Under the pieces are notes generated by a model that worked only from the letters and a program-made list of their open reading frames with translations, was not told the DNA's origin and made no database searches. From Eledone cirrhosa (lineage: Eukaryota), in contig OZ024743.1 in assembly GCA_964016885.1 (NCBI GenBank), forward strand, positions 377,146,001 through 377,210,000: a stretch of 64,000 bases of DNA. Reading direction: 5' to 3'. Made by a program: the position numbers and the translations under genes. Position 1 is the stretch's first letter; each line of letters begins with the position of its first letter. Below are positions 13,200 through 26,530 of this stretch, piece by piece.

Positions 13200-14019
13200 G
13201 AATAGGACCAGGAAGGTCACATGGTATAACCCTCCGTACTCGGTGGGTCTACGTACCAGCCTGGCTAGAACATTCTTTAGAGTACTGGATAAATGTTTCC
13301 CTAGGGCCCACAAGTACCATAAAATATTCAACAGGAACATGGTGAAACTTTCCTACTCAACCACACGCTCCGTAGTCCAGCACATAGCCGGCATAAATAG
13401 GAATAGGCTCACTGCCTCTAATACCACCGTAAACCCCGGAGCCACCCAACAGAACCAGCACGCGGGACGCAACGGAACCCCGACAGGTCCAACTAGCACA
13501 CCGGAACCCAACGACCCTGTGCTGATTGCGGAGGCTACCCAGCCAACCCCGAGTCATGGTAACCACGCGGTACATGTGGTGGGCTTAAGAAGTCATGTAA
13601 TTGCAGAGACCCATCACTATGCCCCTTTAGTAATGAATGCATGACGAAAAACGTGGTCTACAGGTGCAAGGTCACAACCCCTAACTCGGAGCACCACTAC
13701 ATAGGATCCACAACGACGAGCTTCAAAGATCGGTGGTATAACCATCGCCATTCCTTTAACAGAATAGTTAAGAGGAAATGTACGGCCCTTTCTGAATTGA
13801 TCTGGAAGCTCAAACTTGAAAAGACCCCGCACTCTCTGGTCTAGTCCGTGGTTAGAAAGGTTCCCTCAGACAGAGGCGGGTCTGGTATTTGCAACCTCTG
13901 TCTTAGTGAAACACTCGAGATTCTTCATGGCGGAACCAAGCTATTAAACAGAAGGGCCGACTTATTCGGTGCCTGCAGACACCTAAGGACGGGAACTTTC
14001 CTCAAGCTATATGGATAAA
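13200..14019 (+). pseudogene. Penelope-like linker + GIY-YIG endonuclease (disrupted)
   Basis: RKVTWYNPPYS..HKYHKIFNRN.VKLSYS; KKSCNCRDPSLCP (CxCx5C); NVVY..HYIGST..FKDRWYNHRHSF; CNLC..E..LLNRR..CRH; one frameshift and a TAG at 13842. Confidence 0.85.
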
Positions 14020-14505
14020 CCCCGGTTACGGCCTCCCACAACGCCCCCCCCCCATGTAGGTCCCCTACACCCCGTACCAATGACCAATGGACAACAACAA
14101 CCACCCATAGTTTGTGGTCCCTATGGTGGATGGTCCACCGGATCCTCTACTGGATAGGAGTCATCTAAACCACGTTTTATTGAACCTGGTTTTATATATA
14201 TATGTATATATATATCATGTGTATATATATATATATATTTTATATGTGTATATATGTGTATTTTATATGTATGTATGTATATGTATGTATATATTTTATA
14301 TATATATGTATATGTATGTGTATTATATATATATATATGTATGTTTTAAGTGTGTATATATTTTATGTATGTGTGTATTTTATGTATATATTTTTTTTTT
14401 TATATTTTTATATGTATATATTTTATATATATGTATGTTCTGTGTATATATATATATTTTATATATATGTATGCTTGTGCGTACATGCATGCATGCATAT
14501 ATATA

Positions 14506-14568
<63 letters not shown>

Positions 14569-15123
14569 CTGTATAGATGTGTGAGTGTCTGAGGTGGTAG
14601 GTGTGAGTGTATGTACAAGTCATCCAGCATAATCCTTTTATTTCTAAATTTTCTAAACTAGCTAAGTATTGGACTCTAACCATTATTTTAAGTATTACCA
14701 CCCCACATTTTGTATGTGTGGATGTGTGTGTGTGTCTGTGGAGGTGGGTGTGAGTGTAGTGCAAGCCAACCTACATAAGTCTTTTTATTTGTAAGTTTTC
14801 TATTCCAACCATAAATTTCAGTAGCACCACTCCACATAAATTCCTCAATTTAGAATGACCTGTAGTATCTATTCATACTATTAACCTTAATTGAATATAT
14901 ATCTGACCAGGAATGCCTTTTGTGAAAATCAGTCATATTGAACTATTGTCATCTTGCCTGACGGTTTGAACTTTACAAAACCACCTGCCTCTTTGAGGTC
15001 AAATACCAACCCTACTACCATCTACAAACTGACCAATGAGAATCAAGACTATTCCTGCTGACAACATTAAATTATTCCTAACAAGCTCATATGTCCCAAG
15101 GCTCTGATACAATCAACTGACTA

Positions 15124-15179
15124 ACTGCCTGATGAGGTCATATCCATTCAATGGCTATCATCGAAATATATATAGCAGT
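15124..15179 (+). ncRNA. Type-I hammerhead ribozyme
   Basis: actgc-CTGATGA-ggtcatatcc attcaat ggctatcatc-GAAA-tatata-TA-gcagt. Confidence 0.8.
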
Positions 15180-15299
15180 AAATAAAAGATTATGAGTTCA
15201 TGCAATTGACTTATGTTTCGTCATTATATATATATATATATATATAAGTGAAATGATTACAAAGGAGAATATACCGTTAAAACATATATATATATAAAA

Positions 15300-15342
15300 G
15301 CACCTACGTACGTTTCGCCCGAAAAGGGCTTCTCAAGGGCAT
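15300..15342 (-). ncRNA. Variant hammerhead-like motif (non-canonical core)
   Basis: atgcc-cTTGAGAA-gccc ttttc gggc-GAAA-cgtacg-TA-ggtgc; can be read as a U3-A8 covariant; stem I is weak. Confidence 0.4.
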
Positions 15343-15677
15343 AGAAAGCTAAAAAGTCTTCAGTACATGACCCAGGAGGGGTTTTAAGGTTATAGTTACA
15401 TCAAAGTTCATTCTTCGTTCAAACACACGCGTTGTTTTTGTCACAGAGCAAGGGCAGTAATTCTGGCCGGTGTTTGAATAATTGTCCCCAAACTCCTTTT
15501 TACTCGTTCACATGATGGTGTTTTCCCATTACTATTTTGTGGGTGCTGCTTTACTATTGTCGATTCAAGCAGGGTCTGGGATGCATAGTTGGTTTACAGA
15601 TGTTTATTTGCACCGCCTGCTCACCGGAGTGTTATGGTTTGGTGCAGGGGGACCCAGTTTATGGTTTTCATGTCTCA

Positions 15678-15726
<49 letters not shown>

Positions 15727-15734
<8 letters not shown>

Positions 15735-16380
15735 CAAGGTCAAGCAAATAGAGAAAAAGTTTAAAAATAAATTTTAAAAAATTCGCTGTACTTACTATAT
15801 GTGCCTTTACCGCGGTTTCATGCTCCAGAATAAACAGAAAATCCAAGCGGATTTTCATTGAGAAGGGAGCAATCTTCAGAAGGCTCTTCTCCCTCGGAGA
15901 ATATAAAATTCCCGAGTTCAAATCACAAACTGACGCCATACAAAACCATTCCCAAATGAGAGCGAATGATGAAAGAAATAATTCCGTCTGGGGCCGTGTG
16001 CAAAGACAAAAGGCAGGGTGGACAGGTCAACGTCCTGCCACTAGAAATAGCAGCAGTCCAAACGGCCAACATTTTATCTCTACCTTAGGGTGAGATTAAT
16101 AATAATAAAGTATGAATTCCTACGTGTAAAAAATACATATGGGAAACAAGTATTATCCAACCGTATGCCAATGTGGTTCTATAGCGGGTTAATAAATTAA
16201 CAAACCAGAACATATAAAATCAAGGTCTAGCAAATAGAGAAAAAGTTTTTAAATAAATTTTTAAAAATTCGCTGTACTTACTATATGTGCCTTTACTGCG
16301 GTTTCATGCTCCAGAATAAACGGAAAATCCTAGCGGATTTCCATGTTTCCCTATATGTATTTTTACACGTAGGAATTCAT

Positions 16381-16386
<6 letters not shown>
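15727..16386 (-). mobile_element. Non-coding hammerhead-bearing unit: 486-bp period, ~1.3 tandem copies plus a short inverted terminal piece
   Basis: aaatcaaggt at 15731 and 16217 (direct); 16107-16150 inverted at 16344-16386; (TA)n on both sides. Confidence 0.75.
15803..15884 (-). ncRNA. Type-I hammerhead ribozyme, long stem II
   Basis: gcctt-CTGAAGA-t-tgctcc...ggagca-t-GAAA-ccgcgg-TA-aaggc. Confidence 0.8.
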
Positions 16387-16457
<71 letters not shown>

Positions 16458-16666
16458 GTGAACCCAACATGCTGTGAAAGTAGACTTCTTTCTTGTTGTT
16501 CAGTCATTTTGGTACACATTGTCATATTGATTATCTGATGCTATCATCGCTCGCGATGGACCAACAGCAATGATATCAATAACAATAACAGTCAGAGGTT
16601 GTAAATAAATATTACTGAGAATAATAAACATATATCATCTGTCGGCATTTATTTAATAAAACATCT

Positions 16667-16730
<64 letters not shown>

Positions 16731-17194
16731 GTATATATATATATATACAAGTATAAATTATCGAGAATCGTATTTCGGCTTTGGAAATTAACGAAAAACA
16801 ACTTCCGAGATGTGTGGCAAGCGCTCAATAGATTCTAACGAACCAGAGCTACAACATACGTTAAAAGGCCAAACACACTAAGACGATGGTTAAACCATTA
16901 TCCGCACAGCCATAGAAACGACCAAGTAATTCGGGTCAAACAAATACAAAAATATGATTGAAAAATTTACCCGGACCCCTGGATGGTTGGTGAAAATCCA
17001 GCATTTGTGTTTCTGCGACTCCTAAATCAAGTACTGTCCGCTTAGACAAATAATGTTAAGCTTCTGGTAAGATGATTGAACAAGGAAGTCATTTTCTCAA
17101 CAGGCTTTTAGTTCAGGTGCCAGGCCAAGGATTGACCGTTACCAATACCCACGTGGGGCTAGACAAGGGAGGCAACCCTTATTTTTGGCGGATG

Positions 17195-17253
<59 letters not shown>

Positions 17254-17400
17254 GTATGTATGTATGTATGTATGTATGTATGTATGTATGTATGTATGTA
17301 TGTATGTATGTATGTATATACATAGATAAATACATACTTACATTCATACATTCATGCATACTTACATACATGCATACATACACACATACTTACATACATG

Positions 17401-17976
17401 ATGGCTGCCCCCTCGTTATCGAATATGGCCATTGCACGATATACCATTATTGATAATTATTAATTAATTCTATCGTGCAATGCCAGTGAGTGAAGATATT
17501 TTAAAAGTGAGCAAAGACTGTGCACAGAGCCAATCCCACTCTCTGAGCGACAGTAGCTATAACCCGAAAAGAAGAAAAGATGAACATCATCGGTAACTAC
17601 TGAGCCGCAGGTTTTATATCGGAGTTATCCCAGTTTCCTGAGTTGCCTTCTCCTAGAAGAATGCCCTGACAAACGCGAGGGGTCCTTCACTCCCAGTGGT
17701 TTAACCACGTGATCCAGCCCGACTATTTCTATGTCCCCGCGCATATACATACACATGCACCCATGCATATACACATATACATATACATACATATGTACAT
17801 GTGTATATACATATTTACACACTTTTGGATGGCCGTTGGCTTTTATGAGTTCTTCTGCCCTTTATCAGGTTTTGTTTTGTTTTTTTTTGTCCTGCAGGGT
17901 GTCCAAAATCACCCTCCTCACCAAGTAAACTTGGTGGGGTTGCCGATTTAGTCGCCGACGACCCGACCATGCGACT
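17401..17976 (-). mobile_element. Bipartite non-autonomous RTE derivative (RTE 5'UTR-like + RTE 3' end) with (TGTA)n tail
   Basis: ctaggagaagg..aactcc RTE-5'UTR-like motif; 3' hairpin ggccatattcgataacgagggggcagcca then tgtatgta; inverted homolog at 35164-35640. Confidence 0.65.
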
Positions 17977-18137
17977 TACATACATACGTACGTGCATACA
18001 TACATATATCCATACAAACATACAAACATATATACATATATACATATATGTATATGTCTCTCTCTATATATACATATATATATATATATAGAGAGAGAGA
18101 CATATACATATATGTTTATATGTATATATATATATAT

Positions 18138-18357
18138 TTCGTTTCTGAATTTGTTTAGCAAGATTCTTTATCTGAAAACGTGTGTTGAAACCGATATTGT
18201 TATACTTTGGGAGTGTCATGTTGCCAATAAAAAACACACGCACCAGTTGCTTTCATTTCAATTTATTATAATAAATTTATAAATTTATTATAATAAATTG
18301 AAGTGAAAGCAACTGGTGCGTGTGTTTCTTATTGGCAACATGATACTCCCAAAGTAT

Positions 18358-18365
<8 letters not shown>
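18138..18365. repeat. Palindrome (arms 18194-18279 / 18280-18365) plus 56-bp extension; terminus of the 45-kb Penelope-like family
   Basis: Same sequence as 45041-45136 and 45711-45833; centre is aaatttataaattt. Confidence 0.85.
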
Positions 18366-18433
<68 letters not shown>

Positions 18434-18437
<4 letters not shown>

Positions 18438-19078
18438 GGAAAAAATGAAACGAAATTTCATTTCTCACTCTTAGTACGGCTGTTACTTAAATATAAGTAT
18501 GTATACGTACATACATATATGTATACAGACGTACAGTAGTATGTATATATATACATACATGCACACATCTATATATATGTACGTATGGATTCACCGAACA
18601 TTTATTATAATGCTCGGTGTGTTTGTAAACAAACATCCCGAATTAAGCCATACAGTGTCTAGCAACCATCGTTGCTCATTTGTTCAACACTGACAAAGGA
18701 ACGGTGTACTAGTTTCAAGCTTATTAGCTATCGTCAGCAACGTATACTTCCTGCCAGATGATTGAACGTCTGAAAGTATATACTTTCCTTATGCATATTA
18801 ACGGCTGAGCAGCCTAATTTGCATATCGAGTGAGCTAATCGGCCGGGCGCACCGAAAACGATAAACGGAAAAAATGAAACGAAATTTTATTTCCCACTCT
18901 TAGTACGGCTATTACTTAAATATAAGTATGTATACGTACATACATATATGTATACAGACGTACAGTAGTATGTATATATATATACATACATGCACACATC
19001 TATATATATGTACGTATGGATTCACCGAACATTTATTATAATGCTCGGTTTGTTTGTAAACAAACCGAGCATTATAAT
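18434..19078 (-). mobile_element. Non-coding hammerhead-bearing unit: 429-bp period, ~1.5 tandem copies, ending in a small fold-back
   Basis: aaacggaaaaaatg at 18434 and 18863; HHR 18702-18742; hairpin tattataatgctcggtttgttt/aaacaaaccgagcattataata. Confidence 0.75.
18702..18742 (-). ncRNA. Minimal type-I hammerhead ribozyme
   Basis: cgttg-CTGACGA-t-agct aata agct-t-GAAA-ctag-TA-caccg. Confidence 0.75.
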
Positions 19079-19081
19079 AGA

Positions 19082-19127
19082 ACTGCAGACACTAATGTTT
19101 CTGGGTATCACCCTTCATCAGTACAGC
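19082..19127 (-). ncRNA. Type-I hammerhead ribozyme
   Basis: gctgta-CTGATGA-a-ggg tgata ccc-a-GAAA-ca ttag tg-TC-tgcagt. Confidence 0.75.
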
Positions 19128-19335
19128 TCACTGTTCACCTGCCAACTGTCAGAGCTAGTGAAAATATATTCTATTTTCTAAAATATACAGTGACTGACCG
19201 GCCTGATTTGCATATTAGCAGACCTGCTCATCAACCAGATTTGTATATCAGCAGACAGGCCAGTCAGTTTCTTGTATACGAGCGATAAATGGACGGCTTT
19301 GCCACATAAAAGAATAAATATATATACAGATATAT

Positions 19336-19367
<32 letters not shown>

Positions 19368-19745
19368 CTTCCTGAACATGCAACCCCGTTCTTCCCCCAA
19401 CCCTCACTTTCACATACACACACACACACACACACGCACACCTAACCACACACACCACCTTCAGCCCTCCCCGCTCGGACACCCCGTCTCCCTCTCCCCA
19501 CTCCACCCGCCTCCACCTCTACTCACCCCACACCCTTCCACCACCTGTTTACCCCCCTTTTAATTTCAGTTTATTTTGATCATGCCTTTATTTTTAAATG
19601 TTCTCATTCCTTGTATTTTGATCATGCTTTATTTTTATTTATTATTTATTATAATTTTGTCTTTATTTGTTAATTTTTCATTCGCACCGTTTCCTTTCGC
19701 TATATGTCTCTCCACCACTCCCCTACACACCTTTTGAACTCTTAC

Positions 19746-19776
19746 CCGAAGAAGGGCTTATGCCCGAAACGTCGTC
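19746..19776 (+). ncRNA. Degenerate hammerhead core (U4C, stem I lost)
   Basis: CCGAAGA-agggc ttat gccc-GAAA-cgtcg-TC. Confidence 0.45.
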
Positions 19777-19860
19777 CTCCACCTACCCCCCACTCTCCTG
19801 AGCGTGAAGCTAATAAACATTTGTCGTACTGCCTCTCTGTTCTGTCCCTGTTCAATTTTT

Positions 19861-19933
<73 letters not shown>

Positions 19934-19948
19934 AATATATATATACAA

Positions 19949-19980
<32 letters not shown>

Positions 19981-19985
19981 CTGTG

Positions 19986-20021
<36 letters not shown>

Positions 20022-20022
20022 G

Positions 20023-20106
<84 letters not shown>

Positions 20107-20759
20107 ATCCACCGATGTACCCACCGTTGCGGTTAGTTTATAACCACCACTGGATTACCCCGGTTAGTTGATTCATTGTAAGCAGACAATATGGCGGTTA
20201 GCAGAAAATAACATGTAACAAAACATCATTTCAGGATAAATTTTACCACTTTAAACAAATGGCAAATAGTCATAGGGAGTAGAGGGAAGGGGGAGGGCGA
20301 GGAGGAGTATGAGGCTGAGGAGGGGGGGGGGTATTGGTGCATCAGAGCGATGAGCAAATGTAGAGTTGGTAAATACAAGATGTAACCTAGCAGCAAATAC
20401 CAAAATAATACTCACAGCTCAGTTAAATTAACGAACACTAAACACAAACGGAAATATTTTTCATCAAACAATAAAATAGAAATCCATAAATGTTTATTGC
20501 TTGTCAGTTTTGTTGTTTGTGTGTGTGTGTGTGTGTCCGTCAGTGTTTGTGTGTATTTGTGTATGTATGCCTGTATGTGAGTTTCTATTCATGTGTATGT
20601 GTCTGTCTGTCTGTGTTTATGTATGAGAGTGTGTGTGCGTTTGTGTATGTGTGCGACTGTGTGTGTATGAGTAGATGTATAACAGAGAGTGTGTGCGTGT
20701 GTGCGTGTGTTTTTATTCATGTGTGAGTGTGCATGTGCATGTGTATGTGTGTGTGCGTG

Positions 20760-20794
<35 letters not shown>

Positions 20795-20798
20795 TTAC

Positions 20799-20849
<51 letters not shown>

Positions 20850-22049
20850 TATGTGCGTGTGTGTGTGTGTGTGTGTGTGTGCGTGTGTATGTATGTAGTA
20901 TTCTCTAATTGAAAGAATCACGCTACAAGCTGTTTATTGTAAGCTTTCTGCAATGGTTGAACGAAGTGGCGGGGAGGCAGTGCATGATTCCTGCAAGAAC
21001 AAAAGAATGAAATGTTCTACATAGCTGCGTGTGGAGCAAACATTAGGAAAGAGAAACAATGTTCTCCCTCTTTTGTGTAGCAGTTTTGTTCAGTTAGCAA
21101 TATGTCTGTAGCTAGTCACGCAATCCTGCATGCTCATTTCATTTTATTTGCTTTTCTTATTGTTGTTGTTATTTTTTTTTGTTCAAATATCAATAAATTA
21201 TTAGCAGAGAAGGGGGAGGTTAGGATGCTATCCCCCCCCCCCCCATTATTTTGTTGTTTTTTTTCGTTTTTATTTTTACATAATTTGTCAAACTTTTTTT
21301 GTTATTTTGTATTTTATTTCTCAATGCGAAACAAAAAATTATATAAAGAGAAAGAAAATAAACAGCTTTTATTCCGGACATTTGACTATTGAAGAAATAA
21401 AAATCATATTTTTTTCTCTCCATCTTAACTGATTTCATTAATAATGCGAATTACCAAATGTGTCATTTATAGAAAGCTTTTGATTACATTTATGTCTGTT
21501 TTCTGTGTTTTAAGTGTTTATTTGTTTTGCTTACAATAAATTTTAAGTGTGTAACATTGATGTGAAACATTTAGAGTGTATAATAACTCCAATGTTTAAT
21601 AAATCGGAAACATCATTAGCAGAAATGGAATATCAGAAATCGTAGATCGGAAACAAATTCGATTATTTATTTCTCCTTTATATCTTTCGCTACATCACAG
21701 CTCTTTACACTCCACAATGTTTCTTGCTATAAAGAGAATCATTTAACAATTCCGTTAAAAACAAAAAAAATGCACATAAATCCACATTTAAAGAGATACA
21801 AAATACGTATTATTCGACAGAAATATTTCTGCTGATGCTGGTTGCTTTCAAACGGCTTTGACGCGGCAGAATAGATGTGAAAATATTTAAATCTGTTTCA
21901 ATTTCCTTTTGATTTTGCTATCAACATGGTTTCTATATTTCGTTCAACCAACAGAAATAAGGCAAATAAGAAAGAAAGCAGACATTTTAAGTAACTCAAG
22001 ATATGATCCTTATACGGTCATTATGAAGATTATTATTCTATTTTATGCC

Positions 22050-22220
22050 AGTTACAGTTGAGACACCGATGTCCTCGTTCCTCGGACTATCATTCTTCTC
22101 CGCCAAAAGCCGGAACAAGGCATCGCGGCTGAGGAATGAGACTCGTGAGGTGGAAGGGTTGATGCAGTGGGTATTGTTGGCTGTCATCCACGGCAACGCT
22201 TTCACTATCTTGTCCGTAAG
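22050..22220 (+). mobile_element. Short, old CRE-like 3' fragment
   Basis: ..NETREVEGLMQWVLLAVIHGNAFTILS resembles the CRE RLE C-terminus (LxQR..LA..RGNA..IL). Confidence 0.45.
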
Positions 22221-22523
22221 GTGAAATCGAGATACGCTGTCCAGCCGAGTGTATGGAGTTTGATGCTCACTTTTTGTTCTCCTTTTTTTATCTTACTTTT
22301 AGTTGTGTTTAATGAATTCTAAACAATATTCTAACCGTTAATTGTTAAAAGTCTTCCTGATGTTGACCCGATTGCTTGGTCAGTAAAATATTTAAATCAA
22401 TAACACATTGTCCGAAAGCCCTGTCCAACACTCGGTGCAATGCCCTGATTCGAAGGTGTGAAATAATATCTCACTCTTCATTTCATCATGTAATAAGACA
22501 TTATATAAGGGATGATTTCGATC

Positions 22524-23460
22524 TCTTCTTCTTCTTCTTCTTCTTCTTCTTCTTCTTCTTCTTTGGCCACTTGTTCCTGAGAGGGTCATGGGGGCAGAGT
22601 CCTCAAACACTCCTTCCAGCGGGTCTTGTCAGAAGCAACCGTCTCCAACTCATCCGGCTGGATCCCCAAGCGAGACAACCCAAGTTCATAGATGTTATCC
22701 AACCAACTTGCTCAGGGTCTACCCCTGGGTCTTCTGTCGGCTGGTTTTACCCGTAGAACCCGTCCAGCGATTATTTCCTGAGACATTCTAACCACATGCC
22801 CATAGTATCGAGCTGTGATCTCTCAATTTGGAGAAGTACTGACTCTACCTGGAGCGTCTCTCTGACATCCGAACTGCGTACTCTATTGAGTAACGTTACT
22901 CCAAAGACCCTTCGGAGGAACCCCATGTCGGCCACTTACATTCTCGATCATATTCTTTTGGTCATTACCCAAGATTCCTGGCCATAGGTAAGGGTTGGCA
23001 CAAATACCGAATTGAAGATAGCGAGTTTGACATTTACGCCTGCCTCCCTTTTTTTGATAACTGAATGCTGAAGCTGGCGCATTACTGCACCAGCTCCTGC
23101 AATTCTTGTACTTAATTCAGCCTCCTGCTTTCCATCACTCATGAACACAGCCCCGATATACTTGAACTTCTCTACCTGTGGAACTCCATTCACATGTAGA
23201 GTGTACTTGGGCATTCGTATAGAGACACCAGGGCAGCAAGAAATTAACTATCGATCCCATACTCCTACAGAACCTTCCACAACAGGTCCCGAGGCACGTG
23301 GTCAGATGCCCTTTCAAGGTCGACAAAACAAGAATATACCTCTTGGCAATCCTCCCACGATTTCTCGAATACCTGCTGCAATGTGAATATTTGGTCGGCA
23401 GTGTTGTGTCCGGGGCGAAAACCGCAGTTTATCAGCTCGTTTGGACTCGACCAGGAATTT
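22524..23460 (-). mobile_element. 5'-truncated, internally deleted RTE-clade LINE with (GAA)n tail
   Basis: DQIFTLQQVFEKSWE..CFVDLERA; VEKFKYIG..AELSTRIAGA..KLAIFNSVFVPTLTYGQESW..MGFLRR; (ttc)n at 22524-22562. Confidence 0.85.
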
Positions 23461-23553
23461 TAGATATACCTTATTAAACATCTTAATGTGGTGCGCCAGC
23501 ATGGCCGCAGTCTAATGACTGAAACCAGTAAGAGAAAGTGATATATATCTATA

Positions 23554-23722
23554 TAGGAGGTGGTATCAAAACGTTCCGAGGTGGTATCAAAACGGTAATT
23601 ATTTCTTTAAAAAAATATATATATATTTATCTAAGTTTTCACACCATCTCCTTCGAATTAGTCACCTTATGTAACAATACACCGATCCCAGTGTTGCTGC
23701 CACTTTTTAATACCACCTCGTA
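23554..23722. mobile_element. Mariner-derived MITE
   Basis: TIRs ta-ggaggtggtatcaaaa / ttttaataccacctcg-ta with TA flanks. Confidence 0.65.
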
Positions 23723-23771
23723 TAAATAGACACACACACACACACACACACATACACACATATATATATTA

Positions 23772-23821
<50 letters not shown>

Positions 23822-23930
23822 AAATATAGTTATATATATATATATTTGTATGTGTGTGTATATATATATATATACACACACACACATACATACATATATA
23901 TATATACATATATATACATACATACATACA

Positions 23931-24260
23931 TGGTGGCTGCCAACTCGTTTTCGAGTACGGCCACTACTTTATATCCATGTAGGAGAACCCCTACCGATGG
24001 GCTGAACGAGTGTGACTTTTTAGTCCAGCCAGCGAGTTGACAACTCTGGTACAAACACTACACTTGTGACAATTATTGACACATAGTGCTGGGCCCATGG
24101 TACCATGTGACGACAAGTGCAGAGAGATCTCCAGATATAAAGCAATGCCTGTGCCGTGAAGCTTTTATAGTGGGCAAAGGCACTGCATAAAGCCAGTCCC
24201 ACTCTCTTAACCAAGATGATATTTACCAAAAAGAAGAACAAGTCAACATCATTGGATACC
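23931..24260 (-). mobile_element. Bipartite RTE derivative, shorter copy, (TGTA)n tail
   Basis: Near-identical to 24318-24648; separated from it by (ATAC)n. Confidence 0.7.
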
Positions 24261-24317
24261 ATACATACATACATACATACATACATACATACATACATAC
24301 ATACATACATACATACA

Positions 24318-24770
24318 TGGTGGCTGCCAACTCGTTTTCGAGTACGGCCACTACTTTATATCGATGTAGGAGAACCCCTACCGATGCACTGAACGAATGT
24401 GACATTTTAGTCCAGCCAGCGACTTGAAAACTCTGGTACAAACACTACACTTGTGACAATTATTGACACATAGTGCTGGGCCCATGGTACCATGTGACGA
24501 CAAGTGCAGAGAGATCTCCAGATATAAAGCAATGCCTGTGCCGTGAAGCTTTTATAGTGAGCAAAGGCACTGCACAAAGCCAGTCCCACTCTCTTAACCA
24601 AGATGATATTTACCAAAAAGAAGAACAAGTCAGCATCATTGGATACCATCAGGGTTGCAGGTGTTATATCAGAGTTTTCCTTCTCCTAGAATTCTGCCTT
24701 GACAAAGGCTAAGGGGTCATCTCTCCCGGTGATTTTGGATGGCCATTGACTCTTAAGAGCTCCTTTACCC

Positions 24771-24773
<3 letters not shown>
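24318..24773 (-). mobile_element. Bipartite RTE derivative: RTE 5'UTR-like part joined to the C-terminal C2H2 coding remnant and 3' hairpin
   Basis: ttctaggagaaggaaaactctga motif; HKCSVCTRVFKSLAGLKCHIRSVHR* at 24378-24455; tail tgtatgta. Confidence 0.7.
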
Positions 24774-24802
<29 letters not shown>

Positions 24803-24808
24803 CATACA

Positions 24809-24838
<30 letters not shown>

Positions 24839-24839
<1 letters not shown>

Positions 24840-25710
24840 GAAAAAATTGACCAATTTACAGAAAAAGTTGTGCATGGATACGTGAGACGTAAAACACAGA
24901 TCATAGAGGGGATAAACCACTCAAAAAGCCTGGCATCGAGTTCCGACAAGTTTATGACATCACACCTTGAGGGATATCTCTATGCAATACAGGAACAAGA
25001 ACTCCCTACCAAATATCTGCTGCACAAAAGGTGAGGGCCAGCAGCTGACAATAAATGTAGGCTATGTAAAACAAAGATCGAGGATGTAAGCCACATTGTT
25101 GCCAGCTGCGAAAGAATGTCATCTCGCTACTACCTCCCCATGAGACACGATGGGATAGCTAGAACCATCTGGAACGCACTTCGGAAAACAAAATTAACAA
25201 CAAACGAGGAAGAATATATTGAGACAGATGGCACTAAGGAATACTGGTGGAACCTGAAAATAAAAACTGCCACCAAATTAAAGCACAACCGGCCTGATAT
25301 TGTTGTTTGGGACCACACATTGAAAACGTGTTCTGTTGTGGAGATCAGCTGCCCACTTGATGTAAACGTTGTCAGAAAAATACAGGAGAAGGTGGACATC
25401 TACGGACCATTGATGAGGAGTTTACAAATCCAGTATCCAAGATACACCTTTAGCTTCATACCCATCATTATTGGAGCTACGGGTTATATACCAACCCGCT
25501 TGGACCAAAGTATGACTGAACTTGGATTTGCGGACAAAGAGCGCAGCTCCCTAATTCATAGTCTACAAATGGCTGCGATAGCTGGCACCTTCAAAATTTG
25601 CAAAACATTCTTGCGATTCAAGGGATGACAATTTCTTTTCTTTTACAACCTTGCTACCAGGAAAGTGGCCGGTCAAAAAAAATATACTCGAAATTAAGAG
25701 AAAGAGATAA
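24839..25710 (+). mobile_element. 5'-truncated R4/Dong-clade copy, (ATAC)n on both sides
   Basis: Near-identical to ~32017-32890; ORF 25116-25628 is the RLE domain; TGA near 25032. Confidence 0.92.
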
Positions 25711-25964
25711 CATACATACATGCATACATATATATATATATATATAGATAGAGAGAGAGAGAGAGATGTGAGTAAAACCACAAACCCTCCATCTCAATTC
25801 TACTTTTGAAAAGCAGAAGAACTGCGAAACCGGTAAAGGAACCCAATAAATACATATATTTTTTTTTAAAAAGACTATAGTTGCATTTTCGATTTCATCT
25901 TTTTTCCTTATACTTTCACTCGTGTAGGACACCTCGGTTATTTTTCATTTTGTAAAAAAAACCT

Positions 25965-26530
<566 letters not shown>

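Larger units (their letters stand above)
13040..15232 (+). mobile_element. 5'-truncated Penelope-like (Naiad-type) retroelement with 3' hammerhead; ends in (TA)n
   Basis: Coding remnant 13200-14019, then low-complexity 3' region, HHR at 15124 and a terminus shared with the 38.1-38.4 kb unit. Linking ORF and HHR in one element is inferred from orientation and spacing. Confidence 0.6.

Noticed and set aside
16455-17197. Hammerhead-like words (ctgatgc.., ctaagacga..gaaac)
   Set aside because: Core incomplete and stem I unsupported.
20900-21950. Unique-looking non-coding stretch, possibly regulatory
   Set aside because: No feature supportable without cross-species alignment.
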